Assembly: GCA_035626675.1 (NCBI GenBank)
Contig: DASPNH010000202.1
Span: forward strand, 15,020 to 79,019
DNA length: 64,000 bases
Direction: 5' to 3'
DNA from: Candidatus Binatia bacterium
GTDB taxonomy: Bacteria > Desulfobacterota > Binatia > UBA1149 > CAITLU01
A model generated the notes under the pieces. That model saw only the letters and a list, made by a program, of their open reading frames with translations, had not been told where the DNA came from and ran no database searches. How positions within the stretch are numbered: position 1 is the stretch's first letter; each line of letters starts with the position of its first letter. Below are positions 9,704 through 19,136 of this stretch, one piece after another. A program made the position numbers and the translations under genes.

Positions 9704-11431
9704 ATGCGGCACCGATTGCGGACATCGATTCTCGATGCGCTCCTGATCCTGGCCGGCGCAGCGGCCATGCTCGCCGTCCCGCTGGGCTACCGGCGATGGA
9801 GTGCCGGCATGGACTGGCACTACTTCGACTCGCTGTCGTGGCTGGTGCGCTCGTCGGTCCTGCACTACCGCGTGCTTCCGCTGCACGATCCGTGGATGTG
9901 CGGCGGCGTGGACGTGGGGGCCAACCCGCAATCGCGTCTGCTGTCGCCGCTGATGCTGGCCGACCTTGCGCTGACACCGCACGACGCCAACCTCGTGACG
10001 CTCTACGTGTTCGCCGCAGCAGGGCTGGCATCGATGACGGCGCTGCTGCGGCACCTCGGCCACACGCGCGCGCTGTCGATGCTCGGCGGCTTGCTGTTCA
10101 CCGGCAGCACCTGGTTCGCGCTGCACTGGAGCGAAGGCCATCTGCGCTTCGCGCCGATCGCCGTCCTCCCGCTTTTCGTGCTCGCGCTGCTGCGACTGGA
10201 CGAGCGCCGCATGCAGCTGACCGCGGCCACGCTGATGTCCTTTTTCATGCTCGAAGGTGCCATCTACGCCTTCGTCTATGCGCTCTACCTCGCCATTGCG
10301 CTGACGATCGCCGGCATGGTGCCGTGGCGCAGGACGCTGCAAGGCGCGCGCAAGGCCCCGTGGTTCACGCTGACCGTGCTCGCGGCGACCGCCGCACTGG
10401 TGGCGGCCAAGGCTCTCCCGATCCGGATGCTGCACGACACCGCGCCGCGGAAAGTCGAAACCGGCGCGCTGTTCTCCGAGCTGCCGCGCATCCTGCTGTG
10501 GCCCCAGCAGAGCCGTCATCACGTCATCGATCTCGAGTATCGCTTTCACGAGTACGGGCTGTACCTGGGCGTGGCCGCCATCGCCTGCGTGGCGTGGTCG
10601 CTGAAGGATCGCGGATACCGGCGCCAGGTGTGGCGCTGGCTCGTGGTGGCGCTGGTCTTCTTCTGGGCCGCGACCAACTGGCTGGCGCCGCTGAGTCCCT
10701 GGACGCTGATGCAGAACCTCCCGCTGCTGCGCAACGCCCACGTGCCCAGCCGCCTCTTCGTGCTGTTCCACATCGCCTGGATCGTGCTGCTGATCGGAGC
10801 GCTGGCGCGTCTCCGCCATCGCCGCATCCTCCTGGCGACCCTGGCCGCGTTCCTGGCGATGGAGACGTTCTGGATCAGCACCAACACCTGGCGCGCGGCG
10901 TACTCCTGGGGCAAGCCGACCCTGCGCGTTGCCGCCATGGAGAAACCCATCGACGTCGAGCGCTGGCAGCACACCATCGAAACCGCGGTCAAGCCGGGGC
11001 ACTACGGCAAGGGACTGGGATCACGCTACTGCTACGAGCCGGTGCAAACGCATCGCAATGCCCGATCGGCCGGTCAGAGCGGATACCTCGGTGAGATCCA
11101 TCTTCGGTCGGGCAAGGGCACCGTCGACATCGAGAAGGTCACGCCGGGCACGGTGACGTTGAACTACGCGGGAGGGCCTTCGGCCATCGCCGAGGTCAAC
11201 CTGAACACGCTCGGCGGCTGGACCGTCGAGCGCGGCAACGCCGACGTCCTCAGCGAACGGCACAGGCTGACGGTGAAATTCCGGCGACCAGGGCCCGTGA
11301 CGCTGCGCTATAGCCCGCCGTACTGGCCGCTGGCTATGTGGCTGTGGACCGGCGGCGCCATCCTGCTTTCGGCTGCATGGCTGGTCGCGCTGCTGCGGCC
11401 TTGGCGCAGGCAATCGGGCCCGGCGCTTTGA
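9704..11431 (+). CDS. Polytopic membrane protein, YfhO/GT-C-like
   Basis: ATG 9704. Many TM segments, N-terminal PLHDPWMCGG...ANPQ typical of YfhO-like proteins, RVPSR-like NAHVPSRLF, and a C-terminal loop ending LRYSPP plus a TM helix. Confidence 0.6.
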   Translation: MRHRLRTSILDALLILAGAAAMLAVPLGYRRWSAGMDWHYFDSLSWLVRSSVLHYRVLPLHDPWMCGGVDVGANPQSRLLSPLMLADLALTPHDANLVTLYVFAAAGLASMTALLRHLGHTRALSMLGGLLFTGSTWFALHWSEGHLRFAPIAVLPLFVLALLRLDERRMQLTAATLMSFFMLEGAIYAFVYALYLAIALTIAGMVPWRRTLQGARKAPWFTLTVLAATAALVAAKALPIRMLHDTAPRKVETGALFSELPRILLWPQQSRHHVIDLEYRFHEYGLYLGVAAIACVAWSLKDRGYRRQVWRWLVVALVFFWAATNWLAPLSPWTLMQNLPLLRNAHVPSRLFVLFHIAWIVLLIGALARLRHRRILLATLAAFLAMETFWISTNTWRAAYSWGKPTLRVAAMEKPIDVERWQHTIETAVKPGHYGKGLGSRYCYEPVQTHRNARSAGQSGYLGEIHLRSGKGTVDIEKVTPGTVTLNYAGGPSAIAEVNLNTLGGWTVERGNADVLSERHRLTVKFRRPGPVTLRYSPPYWPLAMWLWTGGAILLSAAWLVALLRPWRRQSGPAL

Positions 11432-11455
11432 CGCACCGGCGGCAGTGACGGATGA

Positions 11456-12079
11456 ATGGCCTTGCCGGGGCCGATCCGGCAGCAGGCGCGAATGCAGGCG
11501 GATCCGCACGAGTACCATCAGCTCGACCTGAAGGTTCACAGCTTCCTCTCCGACGTCGAGTTGCACGACGTCTGGATCGCCGAGCTGCATGGCGGCGGCC
11601 CCGACCGCAACATCCTGGACGCGCGCACCTGCTTCACCGCGCAGACCGCGACCACCGCCAATTTCGCCGTACGCATGCTGTTCCTGATCCGCTCCACCAT
11701 CGGATGGATGCTGTGGTGGGACCGCGAGGACGAGACCTGGTCCGGCGAGTACTACAGCCTGCGCTTGAGTGAGGAAGAGCGCGCGGCCTCGCTGATCCCT
11801 CCGGGCACCGAAGACACGATCTTCAAGGTCGTCTACGTCCTTCCCAACGAGGCGCTGAGCGAGATTCGCAACGCGACCGTGCATGCATTCTCGTGCCTGG
11901 CTCTGCGCCCGACCATCGACGGCTACCGGCTGTACTGGGCAATCTACGTCAAGCCCATCAGCTCGTGGACCAGCCTCTACATGCGAACCATCGATCCGTT
12001 CCGCCGCGCCGTCGTGTACCCGGCCGTCATCGATCGGATCCAGCTCGAATGGCAGACCCGTTTCGGCGACAACGCATGA
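11456..12079 (+). CDS. DUF2867 domain protein (possible alternative start 11492)
   Basis: LHDVW, LFLIRSTIG, LSEIRNATVH and YMRTIDPFRRAVVYPA resemble DUF2867. Confidence 0.7.
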   Translation: MALPGPIRQQARMQADPHEYHQLDLKVHSFLSDVELHDVWIAELHGGGPDRNILDARTCFTAQTATTANFAVRMLFLIRSTIGWMLWWDREDETWSGEYYSLRLSEEERAASLIPPGTEDTIFKVVYVLPNEALSEIRNATVHAFSCLALRPTIDGYRLYWAIYVKPISSWTSLYMRTIDPFRRAVVYPAVIDRIQLEWQTRFGDNA

Positions 12080-12144
12080 AAAGGGCAGCGCTCGTAGCCG
12101 GCCATCTGCGGGCGCGGTGACACGTCCGCAAGTGTGATTCGCGA

Positions 12145-13029
12145 GTGAAGAAGCCGCTCATGCCGCGCCTCGGCGCGCTCGAAGTCTTCGAAGCCGCCGG
12201 CCGTCTCGGGAGCTTTCAGGCGGCTGCCGCGCTGCTGCACGTGACGCCGTCGGCCGTCAGTCGCCAGATCCAGTCGCTCGAGGACGAGCTCGGCGTGCCG
12301 CTCTTCCATCGCCTGCATCGCGGTGTGCGCCTGACCGAGGAGGGCGCGATCTACCTCGGCGAGGTGCAGACGGCGCTGTCGCGCATCGCGCGCGCCACCG
12401 AGCGTCTGGTCGGCGACGAGCCCGAAGGCCGCCTGCGCCTGAGCGTACTGCCGAGCTTTGCCGGCAACTGGCTGCTGCCGCGTCTCGGGGACTTCGAGGC
12501 GCAGCATCCGCGTGTCGCCATCGAGATGCGCGCCACCACCGACTACGCCGACTTCGAGCGCGACGACGTCGACGCCGCCATCCGCTTCGGCACCGGGCCG
12601 TGGCCGGGGCTGCACAATGAGCCGCTGCTGGAGCTTCGCTTCTTCCCGGTATGCACGCCGCAGATCGCGCAGTCGCTGCGTGAGCCGGGCGACCTCGCAC
12701 GCCAGCGTCTCCTTCACGAATCGCACGTTCCCTACGCGTGGCCGCAATGGCTGAAAGTGGCCGGCGTCGAGGGCCTTGCCGCCGCGCAGGATCGCACGTT
12801 CGACAACGCCCAGCTGGTCCTGGACGCCGCGATGGCCGGCCAGGGCGTGGCGCTGACCACGCAGATCCTGGCCGAGCGTCACCTCAGCCAAGGCCAGCTC
12901 GTGCGGCCCTTTGCGCAGGAAGCGCCGAGCCAGGCCACGTATCACTTCGTGTGCCGGCGGTCCGACTTGCAGCGGCCCGCGCTGCGCGCGCTGCACCGCT
13001 GGATCGTCACGGCCATGGGCCGCGGCTGA
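12145..13029 (+). CDS. LysR family transcriptional regulator (GcvA-like)
   Basis: FEAAGRLGSFQAAAALLHVTPSAVSRQIQSLE HTH; WLLPRLGDF; DVDAAIRFG. Confidence 0.92.
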   Translation: MKKPLMPRLGALEVFEAAGRLGSFQAAAALLHVTPSAVSRQIQSLEDELGVPLFHRLHRGVRLTEEGAIYLGEVQTALSRIARATERLVGDEPEGRLRLSVLPSFAGNWLLPRLGDFEAQHPRVAIEMRATTDYADFERDDVDAAIRFGTGPWPGLHNEPLLELRFFPVCTPQIAQSLREPGDLARQRLLHESHVPYAWPQWLKVAGVEGLAAAQDRTFDNAQLVLDAAMAGQGVALTTQILAERHLSQGQLVRPFAQEAPSQATYHFVCRRSDLQRPALRALHRWIVTAMGRG

Positions 13030-13152
13030 GGTTCGCGCTGGGCATCACCGCGGATCGCGATGCCGGCGGCTGCCTTCGCTTGCGCCGCGCGCAACCCGGC
13101 TTGAGAAACAATCGTTTTACGGCCTGCCCGCAACCGCTCTAGGCTGCAGCGC

Positions 13153-14181
13153 ATGAAAGCACTCCTCTGCACGAGTCCCGGAACCGTGGAATGGCGCGAG
13201 GTTCCCACCCCTCGCATCGAGGACGACGCACACGCCATCGTGCGTCCTTTGGCCGTCGCACGCTGCGACGTCGACCTGCTCTTCGCGATGGGCATGATCC
13301 AGCCGGGCCGGCCCTTTGCGCTCGGCCACGAGTGCATCGCCGAAGTCGTCGAGATCGGCGACGGCGTGCGCTCGGTGGCGCCCGGCGACGTGGTGGCCGT
13401 ACCGTTTCAGATCAATTGCGGTCTGTGCGGCGCATGCCGGCGCGGCCTGACCGCGTGCTGCGAATCGGTTCCGTTCCGCTCGTCCTATGGGATGCCGCTG
13501 ACCGAGAAGGACTGGGGCGGCGCGCTCGCCGACTTCCTGCTGGTTCCTTTCGCCGACGCCATGCTGGTGCCCGCGCCGAGCGGGGTGCCGGCAACCGTGG
13601 CATGCGGCGCCGGCGACAACATCGCCGACGGATGGCGAACGGTCGCGCCGTATCTGGCCGAGCGACCCGGAGCCAGCGTGCTCGTGGTCGGAACCGGACA
13701 TACCGCCGTCGGGCTCTACTCCGTCGACATCGCGCTGGCACTTGGCGCGAGGCGCGTCGACTATCTGGCACCGGACGGGCCGGCTCTGGCGATGGCGGAG
13801 AAGCTCGGTGCACGCGCGATCCAGTCGCCGTACGAGGGACGTCACGGGCCCTACGAGATCACCTCCAACGCCACCGTCGACGCCGACGCGCTCAAGCTGG
13901 CGCTGGCCTCGACCGCGCCCGGCGGCGTCTGCACCAATCAGGGCCCGTTTTCCGCCGGCGACGTTCCGCTGCCGGTGACCGCGATGTACACGCGCGGCGT
14001 CACCTTCGAGACCAGTCGCGTCCAGTCGCGCGCCGCGCTGCCGGCCGTGCTCGAGCTGCTCGAGCGCGACTGCCTGCACGTCGCCGACATCACGACCCGG
14101 ACGGTCGAATGGAGCGAGGTGGATGATGCTTGGCTCGAGCCGTCCGTCAAGCTGATCGCCAGGCACGCCGGCGTCGCTTGA
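13153..14181 (+). CDS. Zinc-dependent alcohol dehydrogenase (MDR family)
   Basis: LGHEC catalytic-Zn motif; CGLCGACRRGLTACC structural-Zn cysteines. Confidence 0.88.
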   Translation: MKALLCTSPGTVEWREVPTPRIEDDAHAIVRPLAVARCDVDLLFAMGMIQPGRPFALGHECIAEVVEIGDGVRSVAPGDVVAVPFQINCGLCGACRRGLTACCESVPFRSSYGMPLTEKDWGGALADFLLVPFADAMLVPAPSGVPATVACGAGDNIADGWRTVAPYLAERPGASVLVVGTGHTAVGLYSVDIALALGARRVDYLAPDGPALAMAEKLGARAIQSPYEGRHGPYEITSNATVDADALKLALASTAPGGVCTNQGPFSAGDVPLPVTAMYTRGVTFETSRVQSRAALPAVLELLERDCLHVADITTRTVEWSEVDDAWLEPSVKLIARHAGVA

Positions 14182-14264
14182 GCGCGGGGCCGGTTTCGCG
14201 TGAACGCGGCGCCGGCGTCGCTTGAGCGCGGCGCCGGTTTCGTGTGAACGCGGCGCCGGCGTCG
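14166..14264. repeat. Tandem repeat, 44-bp unit x2.25 (22-bp sub-period)
   Basis: cgccggcgtcgcttgagcgcggggccggtttcgcgtgaacgcgg at 14166-14209, a near-identical copy at 14210-14253 and a partial copy to 14264. It begins inside the ADH 3' end. Confidence 0.9.
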
Positions 14265-14400
14265 ATCCATCTCGGACGCCGGTCCGGCGACAAGTCCGGG
14301 GAGATCGACCTTGCGGCCCGCGATCCACGACCAGAAAAACTGGCGCCGCCGGCCGCCGACCCCATACCCATCCGCCGCCAGGCGTGCTACCGACTAGGGA

Positions 14401-15465
14401 ATGCGCACCCAGACGATGCCGTTCCGCTCCGTCGCTTCCGCCTTCGCGCTGCTGGTGACCTTGCAGGCCGGGCCCGCCCTGGCCGGCAGCGGCGACTGCG
14501 GCCAGCCCGTCACCAACTTCAACAAGCCGACCGCTTCGGATGCGCTGGGTGTCCTGCGCGCCGCCGTCGGTACGCTGGAGTGCGACGACTGCGTCTGCGA
14601 CGTCGACACCAGTGGCGACGTCAACGCCTCGGACGCGCTGCGCACCTTGCGTTTCGCCGTCGGGACCGTCGATGCGCTCGACTGTCTCGAGTGCCCCGTC
14701 GTCAAGTCGATCGGCGTCGCCGGCGGCGTGCTCGAATCGAACGATCATCGCGTGGTCCTGAACGTTCCGCCCTTCGCACTGACCGAGACGACCGAGCTTT
14801 CGATCGAGGAGATTCCGGTTTCCGACCTGCCTGGGTCGATCTCGGGCATCGCCGAGCGCGCCTATCGGCTCGGTCCGGACGGTCTGGACTTCGACGCTCC
14901 CGCCGAGCTCGACGTGATCGTGGACGGTGATCCCCGAGCCGCCGAGGGCGAGCTGTCCGCCGAGCTCGCGCTGCTGGTCAGCGTCGACGGCAACGCGACC
15001 GAGCTGCTGCCGGTCCAGCAGCTGTTCGTCGACGGGGATCAGGGCGTGATCACCGCGGGCGCCGCGATGTCCCATTTCTCCGAGCTGGCCGTGCTTCGCG
15101 TCGACGTCGAGGCCAGCGTCGCGGGCATTCCCGAAGAGGCCGAGGTCGAGGAAGCGCATTCGCTCGACGTTGCGGTGGTCGAGGATGCCGGAGAGTCGCT
15201 GGTCGAGGTCGATTCGGCCGCCTACACCGACAACAACTTCGGCGCCTGGGCGCCCTCCGAGGGCGCCATCGTCAGCTCGCCGCTGGACGAGACCGCTCCG
15301 GGCACGTTCGAGGATTCGTTCGGCTACGAGTGCACCACCGAGGCGGCCGTAGCCTATCGCCCCCAGCTCCACACGCTCTTCGACGTCACCGGCGCCATCG
15401 ACGGCTCGCCCGAGAACGTGCCGCATCTGACGGTCTTCGAGCAGACGGTGCTCTGCGAGCCGTAG
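14401..15465 (+). CDS. Secreted protein with a dockerin-like duplicated repeat and a ZU5-like domain
   Basis: Signal peptide; PTASDALGVLRAAVG / DVDTSGDVNASDALRTLRFAVG repeat pair; GVAGGVL...VPPFAL...LGPDGLDFDAPA resembles ZU5. Confidence 0.7.
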   Translation: MRTQTMPFRSVASAFALLVTLQAGPALAGSGDCGQPVTNFNKPTASDALGVLRAAVGTLECDDCVCDVDTSGDVNASDALRTLRFAVGTVDALDCLECPVVKSIGVAGGVLESNDHRVVLNVPPFALTETTELSIEEIPVSDLPGSISGIAERAYRLGPDGLDFDAPAELDVIVDGDPRAAEGELSAELALLVSVDGNATELLPVQQLFVDGDQGVITAGAAMSHFSELAVLRVDVEASVAGIPEEAEVEEAHSLDVAVVEDAGESLVEVDSAAYTDNNFGAWAPSEGAIVSSPLDETAPGTFEDSFGYECTTEAAVAYRPQLHTLFDVTGAIDGSPENVPHLTVFEQTVLCEP

Positions 15466-15476
15466 ACGCTGCGTCC

Positions 15477-15986
15477 GTGGCACGCCGTCATGACGCGCTG
15501 ATCCCGCTGTCGCACGATCATCAGAAGGCGCTCTCGCTGGCCTTCCGGCTGCTGCACCCGGCGCCGCCGGGCCCCGTCACGCCCACGACGCCCGAGAGCA
15601 CGCCTCCGTCGCGACGGCTCGAAACGCTGCAGTTCTTCGACGAGCATCTGGCCGAGCATTTCGCCATCGAAGAGGAGCTTCTCTTCCCCGCGCTTCGCCA
15701 GGCCTACGGCGAAGGGAGCACCGAGCGCACCGTCGTTGACGCGCTCTGCCAGGACCACCGTGCGATGACGTCCGCGCGCAACGCCATCGAGCGATGCATC
15801 GAGGAGTCGGAGCTCTGCCATCTGCTCGAGAGCTTCGGCGTCCTTCTCCAGCGCCACATCCGCCGCGAGGAACGAGAGCTGTTCGCGATCTTCCCGGGAA
15901 TGCTCGAGCCCGCCGCGGTCGCGGAGCTGCACGCACGTATCCACGAGCGTCGGCCGCCCGATACGCCGGGAGCCTGCAAGCTCTGA
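15477..15986 (+). CDS. Hemerythrin/HHE cation-binding domain protein
   Basis: GTG start then RRHDALIPLSHDH; HFAIEEELLFP, DH and HIRREERELF hemerythrin His/Glu motifs. Confidence 0.8.
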   Translation: MARRHDALIPLSHDHQKALSLAFRLLHPAPPGPVTPTTPESTPPSRRLETLQFFDEHLAEHFAIEEELLFPALRQAYGEGSTERTVVDALCQDHRAMTSARNAIERCIEESELCHLLESFGVLLQRHIRREERELFAIFPGMLEPAAVAELHARIHERRPPDTPGACKL

Positions 15987-16056
15987 AGCCGAAGGTCGCC
16001 GTCTGCGCCGCAGCGAGAAGCAATCTGTGCGCGGCGAGCCGAGTGTTCGATCCCGT

Positions 16057-16443
16057 CTAGGGCGCAGCCAGGCCGCGGACTCTGGCGCGCAGCGCCTTGA
16101 TCACGTCCGGCTTGCCGGCAAGGTCGGGGTTGCCCGGCATCAGCACGCTCATGCCGACCGCGGGCCCTCCGCTCAGCACGATCTTCTCGATGTGCTCGTC
16201 GGTTGCCGTCTTCTGCCACTCCGGCGAGCTGAGGTCGCGAGGCTTGGGATTGAGCGAGGCCGCCAGCGCGCCGTCGCCCTTGCCACCAGCGCCGTGGCAG
16301 GTGCTGCAGCGCACCTCCCAAACCGTCTGCGCCTCGGAGACCGCCGCGGCCGGCAGCTCCTGCGCAGCAGCGTGCGCGGTGACGATCGTCGTGATGGCGA
16401 TTGCGTAGACCACAGCGGCCACAAGCCGGCGATGCGTCGTCAT
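16057..16443 (-). CDS. Periplasmic monoheme cytochrome c
   Basis: Signal peptide, CSTCH heme motif, KGDG...LNPKPRDLS, distal MPG; AGGAG RBS. Confidence 0.88.
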   Translation of the reverse strand: MTTHRRLVAAVVYAIAITTIVTAHAAAQELPAAAVSEAQTVWEVRCSTCHGAGGKGDGALAASLNPKPRDLSSPEWQKTATDEHIEKIVLSGGPAVGMSVLMPGNPDLAGKPDVIKALRARVRGLAAP

Positions 16444-16477
16444 GCTGTTCTCCTGTTCGCCGTGGCCCGCATCCGTG

Positions 16478-17998
16478 TCAGCGGTCGGCGATCAAACGCT
16501 CGTAGACTTCGATGTAGGCCTTGGCCGTCACGGCAAGCGAAAATCTCTGCAGGCTCTCGCGCATGATGCGCTGGATGGTGCGCCGGCGCGTGTCCTCGGG
16601 CTCACGGTAGAACTTGACGGCCTCGGCAATGGCAGCGGCCAGCGCGGCAGGCGTGTGCTGCTGGAACAGGAAGCCGTTGCCGGTTGCGCGCGTCGGATCC
16701 AGCTGCACCACCGTGTCCTTGAGACCGCCGGTAGACCTCGCCACTGCCAGGGTTCCGAATCTCGGCCCCATCATCTGCGGAAGCCCGCACGGCTCGTAGA
16801 GCGAAGGCATCAGCACGAAGTCGGCGCCCGCCAGCGCACGCGTGCTCAAGTCCTCGCGGAAGGACTTGAGCACGATGTTGCCGTCGGTCACCGCCGCCAG
16901 CTTGCGAAACGCCATCTCGTGCACGCGATCGCCGTTGGCCACCAGGACGATCTGCAATCCGAAGCGGCGCACGCAGTCCGCCGCAATTGCCGAGAGCAGC
17001 TCGGGTCCCTTCTGCGCGTAGAGGCGGCTCGGCCAGAAGAACAGAGGCGCGCCCGGATCCGGCCGCAGTCCGACCTCCTTCTGGAACTTCTCCTTGTTGG
17101 CCAGCTTGCCGGCAAGGACGTTCTCGATGTCGTAGGGCTGGATGTGCGGGTTGATGCGCGGGTCGTCCGAGTCGTTCGGCGCATTCAGGATGCCGAGCGC
17201 GCGGCCTGCATCGTGCTTGGAACGCATCGCATGGCGCACCGACGGCGGGATGATGGTCTCGAACTCGCCGGCCACGATCTCTTCGAGAAACGTGGGGCTG
17301 ACGGTGTTGACGACGTCGGAGGCGTGGACCGCGGTGGCGGTGAAGTCGACGCCGTTGGTGGTCCAGTTGGCCTCGGTGTTGGTGGGGAAATCGCGAAAGT
17401 ACAGGAACTCGTGGAAGCGCCGCACGTCGATGCCGCTGCGATCGATGTCGCGCGGGGTGGCGTACTCGGTAAACACGTTGTGGAGCGTGAACAGGCTCTT
17501 GAAGCCGAATGCACGGGCGGCGGCGGGCACCAGGCCCGTCATCCAGTCGTTGCAGTGCACGACGTCGGGCTGCAGGCGCCCGAGCAGCTCATTGATGATG
17601 TAGCGCTGGAACGCCTGGGCGCGGTGGATGCGCGGATGGGCATCGGACTCGCCGTACACGTCCGAGAGCGAGGAGAAGGCGCTGTCGGTGACCAGGTGCA
17701 CCCCCCGCCGTCCGAGCGTGCGTCCCAGCGCGTCGATCTCGCGGTAGGTGACGCGGGCGACGTCGCGGATCTTGGCATCGTAGCGGGGGACCACCACGTG
17801 CAGGTCGAAACGGGCATCCTCGTGGAAGTGCTGGATGAGGCCGGCCGAGATGTCGCCGAGGCCTCCGCCCTTGGCGCGGATGTAGAGCGCGGCGTTACCC
17901 ATGCCTTCGGGAAGCTCGGTGATTTCCGGCGTGCAGATCAGAACGCGCGGGCGCGCGCGGCGGCGATGTCGGGTGGTGAGCTTGCCGGCCGTGGTCAT
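16478..17998 (-). CDS. glgA: Glycogen/starch synthase (GT5)
   Basis: KGGGLGD ADP-glucose-binding loop, VVHCNDWMTG, NTVSPT, SRLYAQKG, LMPSLYEPCGLPQM, TGGLKDTV. Confidence 0.88.
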   Translation of the reverse strand: MTTAGKLTTRHRRRARPRVLICTPEITELPEGMGNAALYIRAKGGGLGDISAGLIQHFHEDARFDLHVVVPRYDAKIRDVARVTYREIDALGRTLGRRGVHLVTDSAFSSLSDVYGESDAHPRIHRAQAFQRYIINELLGRLQPDVVHCNDWMTGLVPAAARAFGFKSLFTLHNVFTEYATPRDIDRSGIDVRRFHEFLYFRDFPTNTEANWTTNGVDFTATAVHASDVVNTVSPTFLEEIVAGEFETIIPPSVRHAMRSKHDAGRALGILNAPNDSDDPRINPHIQPYDIENVLAGKLANKEKFQKEVGLRPDPGAPLFFWPSRLYAQKGPELLSAIAADCVRRFGLQIVLVANGDRVHEMAFRKLAAVTDGNIVLKSFREDLSTRALAGADFVLMPSLYEPCGLPQMMGPRFGTLAVARSTGGLKDTVVQLDPTRATGNGFLFQQHTPAALAAAIAEAVKFYREPEDTRRRTIQRIMRESLQRFSLAVTAKAYIEVYERLIADR

Positions 17999-18445
17999 TA
18001 CAGGGATCGCTAGCGAGCGGCCGAAGGCTTAGCACGAGGGCGAAGGGCCCTCCAAAGCGTGAAACGCTTTGGAAAGACATCGGGCCAGCGACCGGCCGCT
18101 GCGCATGCGCGCCGATTAGCCCGAGGCCGAGCGGCCGCTGCATGCCGTTCGCACGGGCCGCGGTAAGCGGCGAGTTCCCTTTCGGGTGCATGATCCCCCA
18201 TGAACACTACTACGGAGCGGGAGTTCGCGATCGACTGCCAAGGGAGAACAGCTCTCGCACCGGAGCCCGAAGTGACCATTGTGAGTAGCAAAACCGCGAC
18301 GCTCCCAGGGAGCAGAGCACGTGCGACAACCCTCGATGCGTAGGAATGTCCAGGAATGCGGCCACCGATCTGGACAGTCGCGAAACGTATTGTTCACATT
18401 GGGAGGCACCAACCAGCACCGCTGGCCAAGCGGAGGAGCATACTC

Positions 18446-19048
18446 ATGAAATCGATCACCCGAACTCTCATCACACCATCCGTTGCGGCGCTCCTGGGCT
18501 TCGCCATCATGATGGCGCCCGCGAGTGCATCTGCCCAGGCAGCACCCTCGGATCACCTCAAGTGCTACAAGATCAAGGACACCAAGATGTTCAAGAGCGC
18601 CGAGGCCAATCTGCAGGCGCAGACCGAGGACTTCGGCCTTCAGAACTGTCTGATCAAGCCCAAGGCAAAGAGCTATTGCGTTCCCGTCCAGAAGACCGTG
18701 ACCAATCTGCAGGACGGCCATCCGGTCGAGCTCGGCGGTGCCGATCAGACTGGCGGGCGCATCTGCTACAAGGCGAAGTGTCCGAAGCAGGAAATCGCGC
18801 CTAAGGTAGTCACGGACCAGTTCGGCACGCGCACCGTGCAGTTCAAGAACACCGTCCGCCTGTGCACGCCCGCCGTCGAGGGCAGCATTCCGACGACGAC
18901 GCTGGCCCCGACGACGACGCTGCCGACCCCCACGACAACCATTCCGGTCACCACGACCCTGCCGGCGACCACGACCCTGCCCCTCCCGACGACGACATTG
19001 CCCGTTATTCCGACGACCCTGCCGGATATCGGCACTCTGATTCCGTAG
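18446..19048 (+). CDS. Secreted Cys-containing protein with a Thr/Pro-rich tail
   Basis: GGAGGAG RBS; signal peptide ending ASA-Q; DHLKCYKIKD...ICYKAKC...DQFG...LCTPA domain; PTTTL(A/P) repeats at the C-terminus. Confidence 0.75.
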   Translation: MKSITRTLITPSVAALLGFAIMMAPASASAQAAPSDHLKCYKIKDTKMFKSAEANLQAQTEDFGLQNCLIKPKAKSYCVPVQKTVTNLQDGHPVELGGADQTGGRICYKAKCPKQEIAPKVVTDQFGTRTVQFKNTVRLCTPAVEGSIPTTTLAPTTTLPTPTTTIPVTTTLPATTTLPLPTTTLPVIPTTLPDIGTLIP

Positions 19049-19085
19049 GGCCGCTCAAAGCGTAGAGGGTCGGCCTCGACCGCGC

Positions 19086-19136
19086 GGGTCAGGCACCTTT
19101 TCCGGCAGCCGGAAAAGGTGCCTGACCCTTTTTTTT
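19086..19136. terminator. 21-bp perfect inverted repeat plus T8, a likely intrinsic terminator and member of the palindromic element family
   Basis: gggtcaggcaccttttccggc-a-gccggaaaaggtgcctgaccc followed by tttttttt, between convergent genes. Confidence 0.8.
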
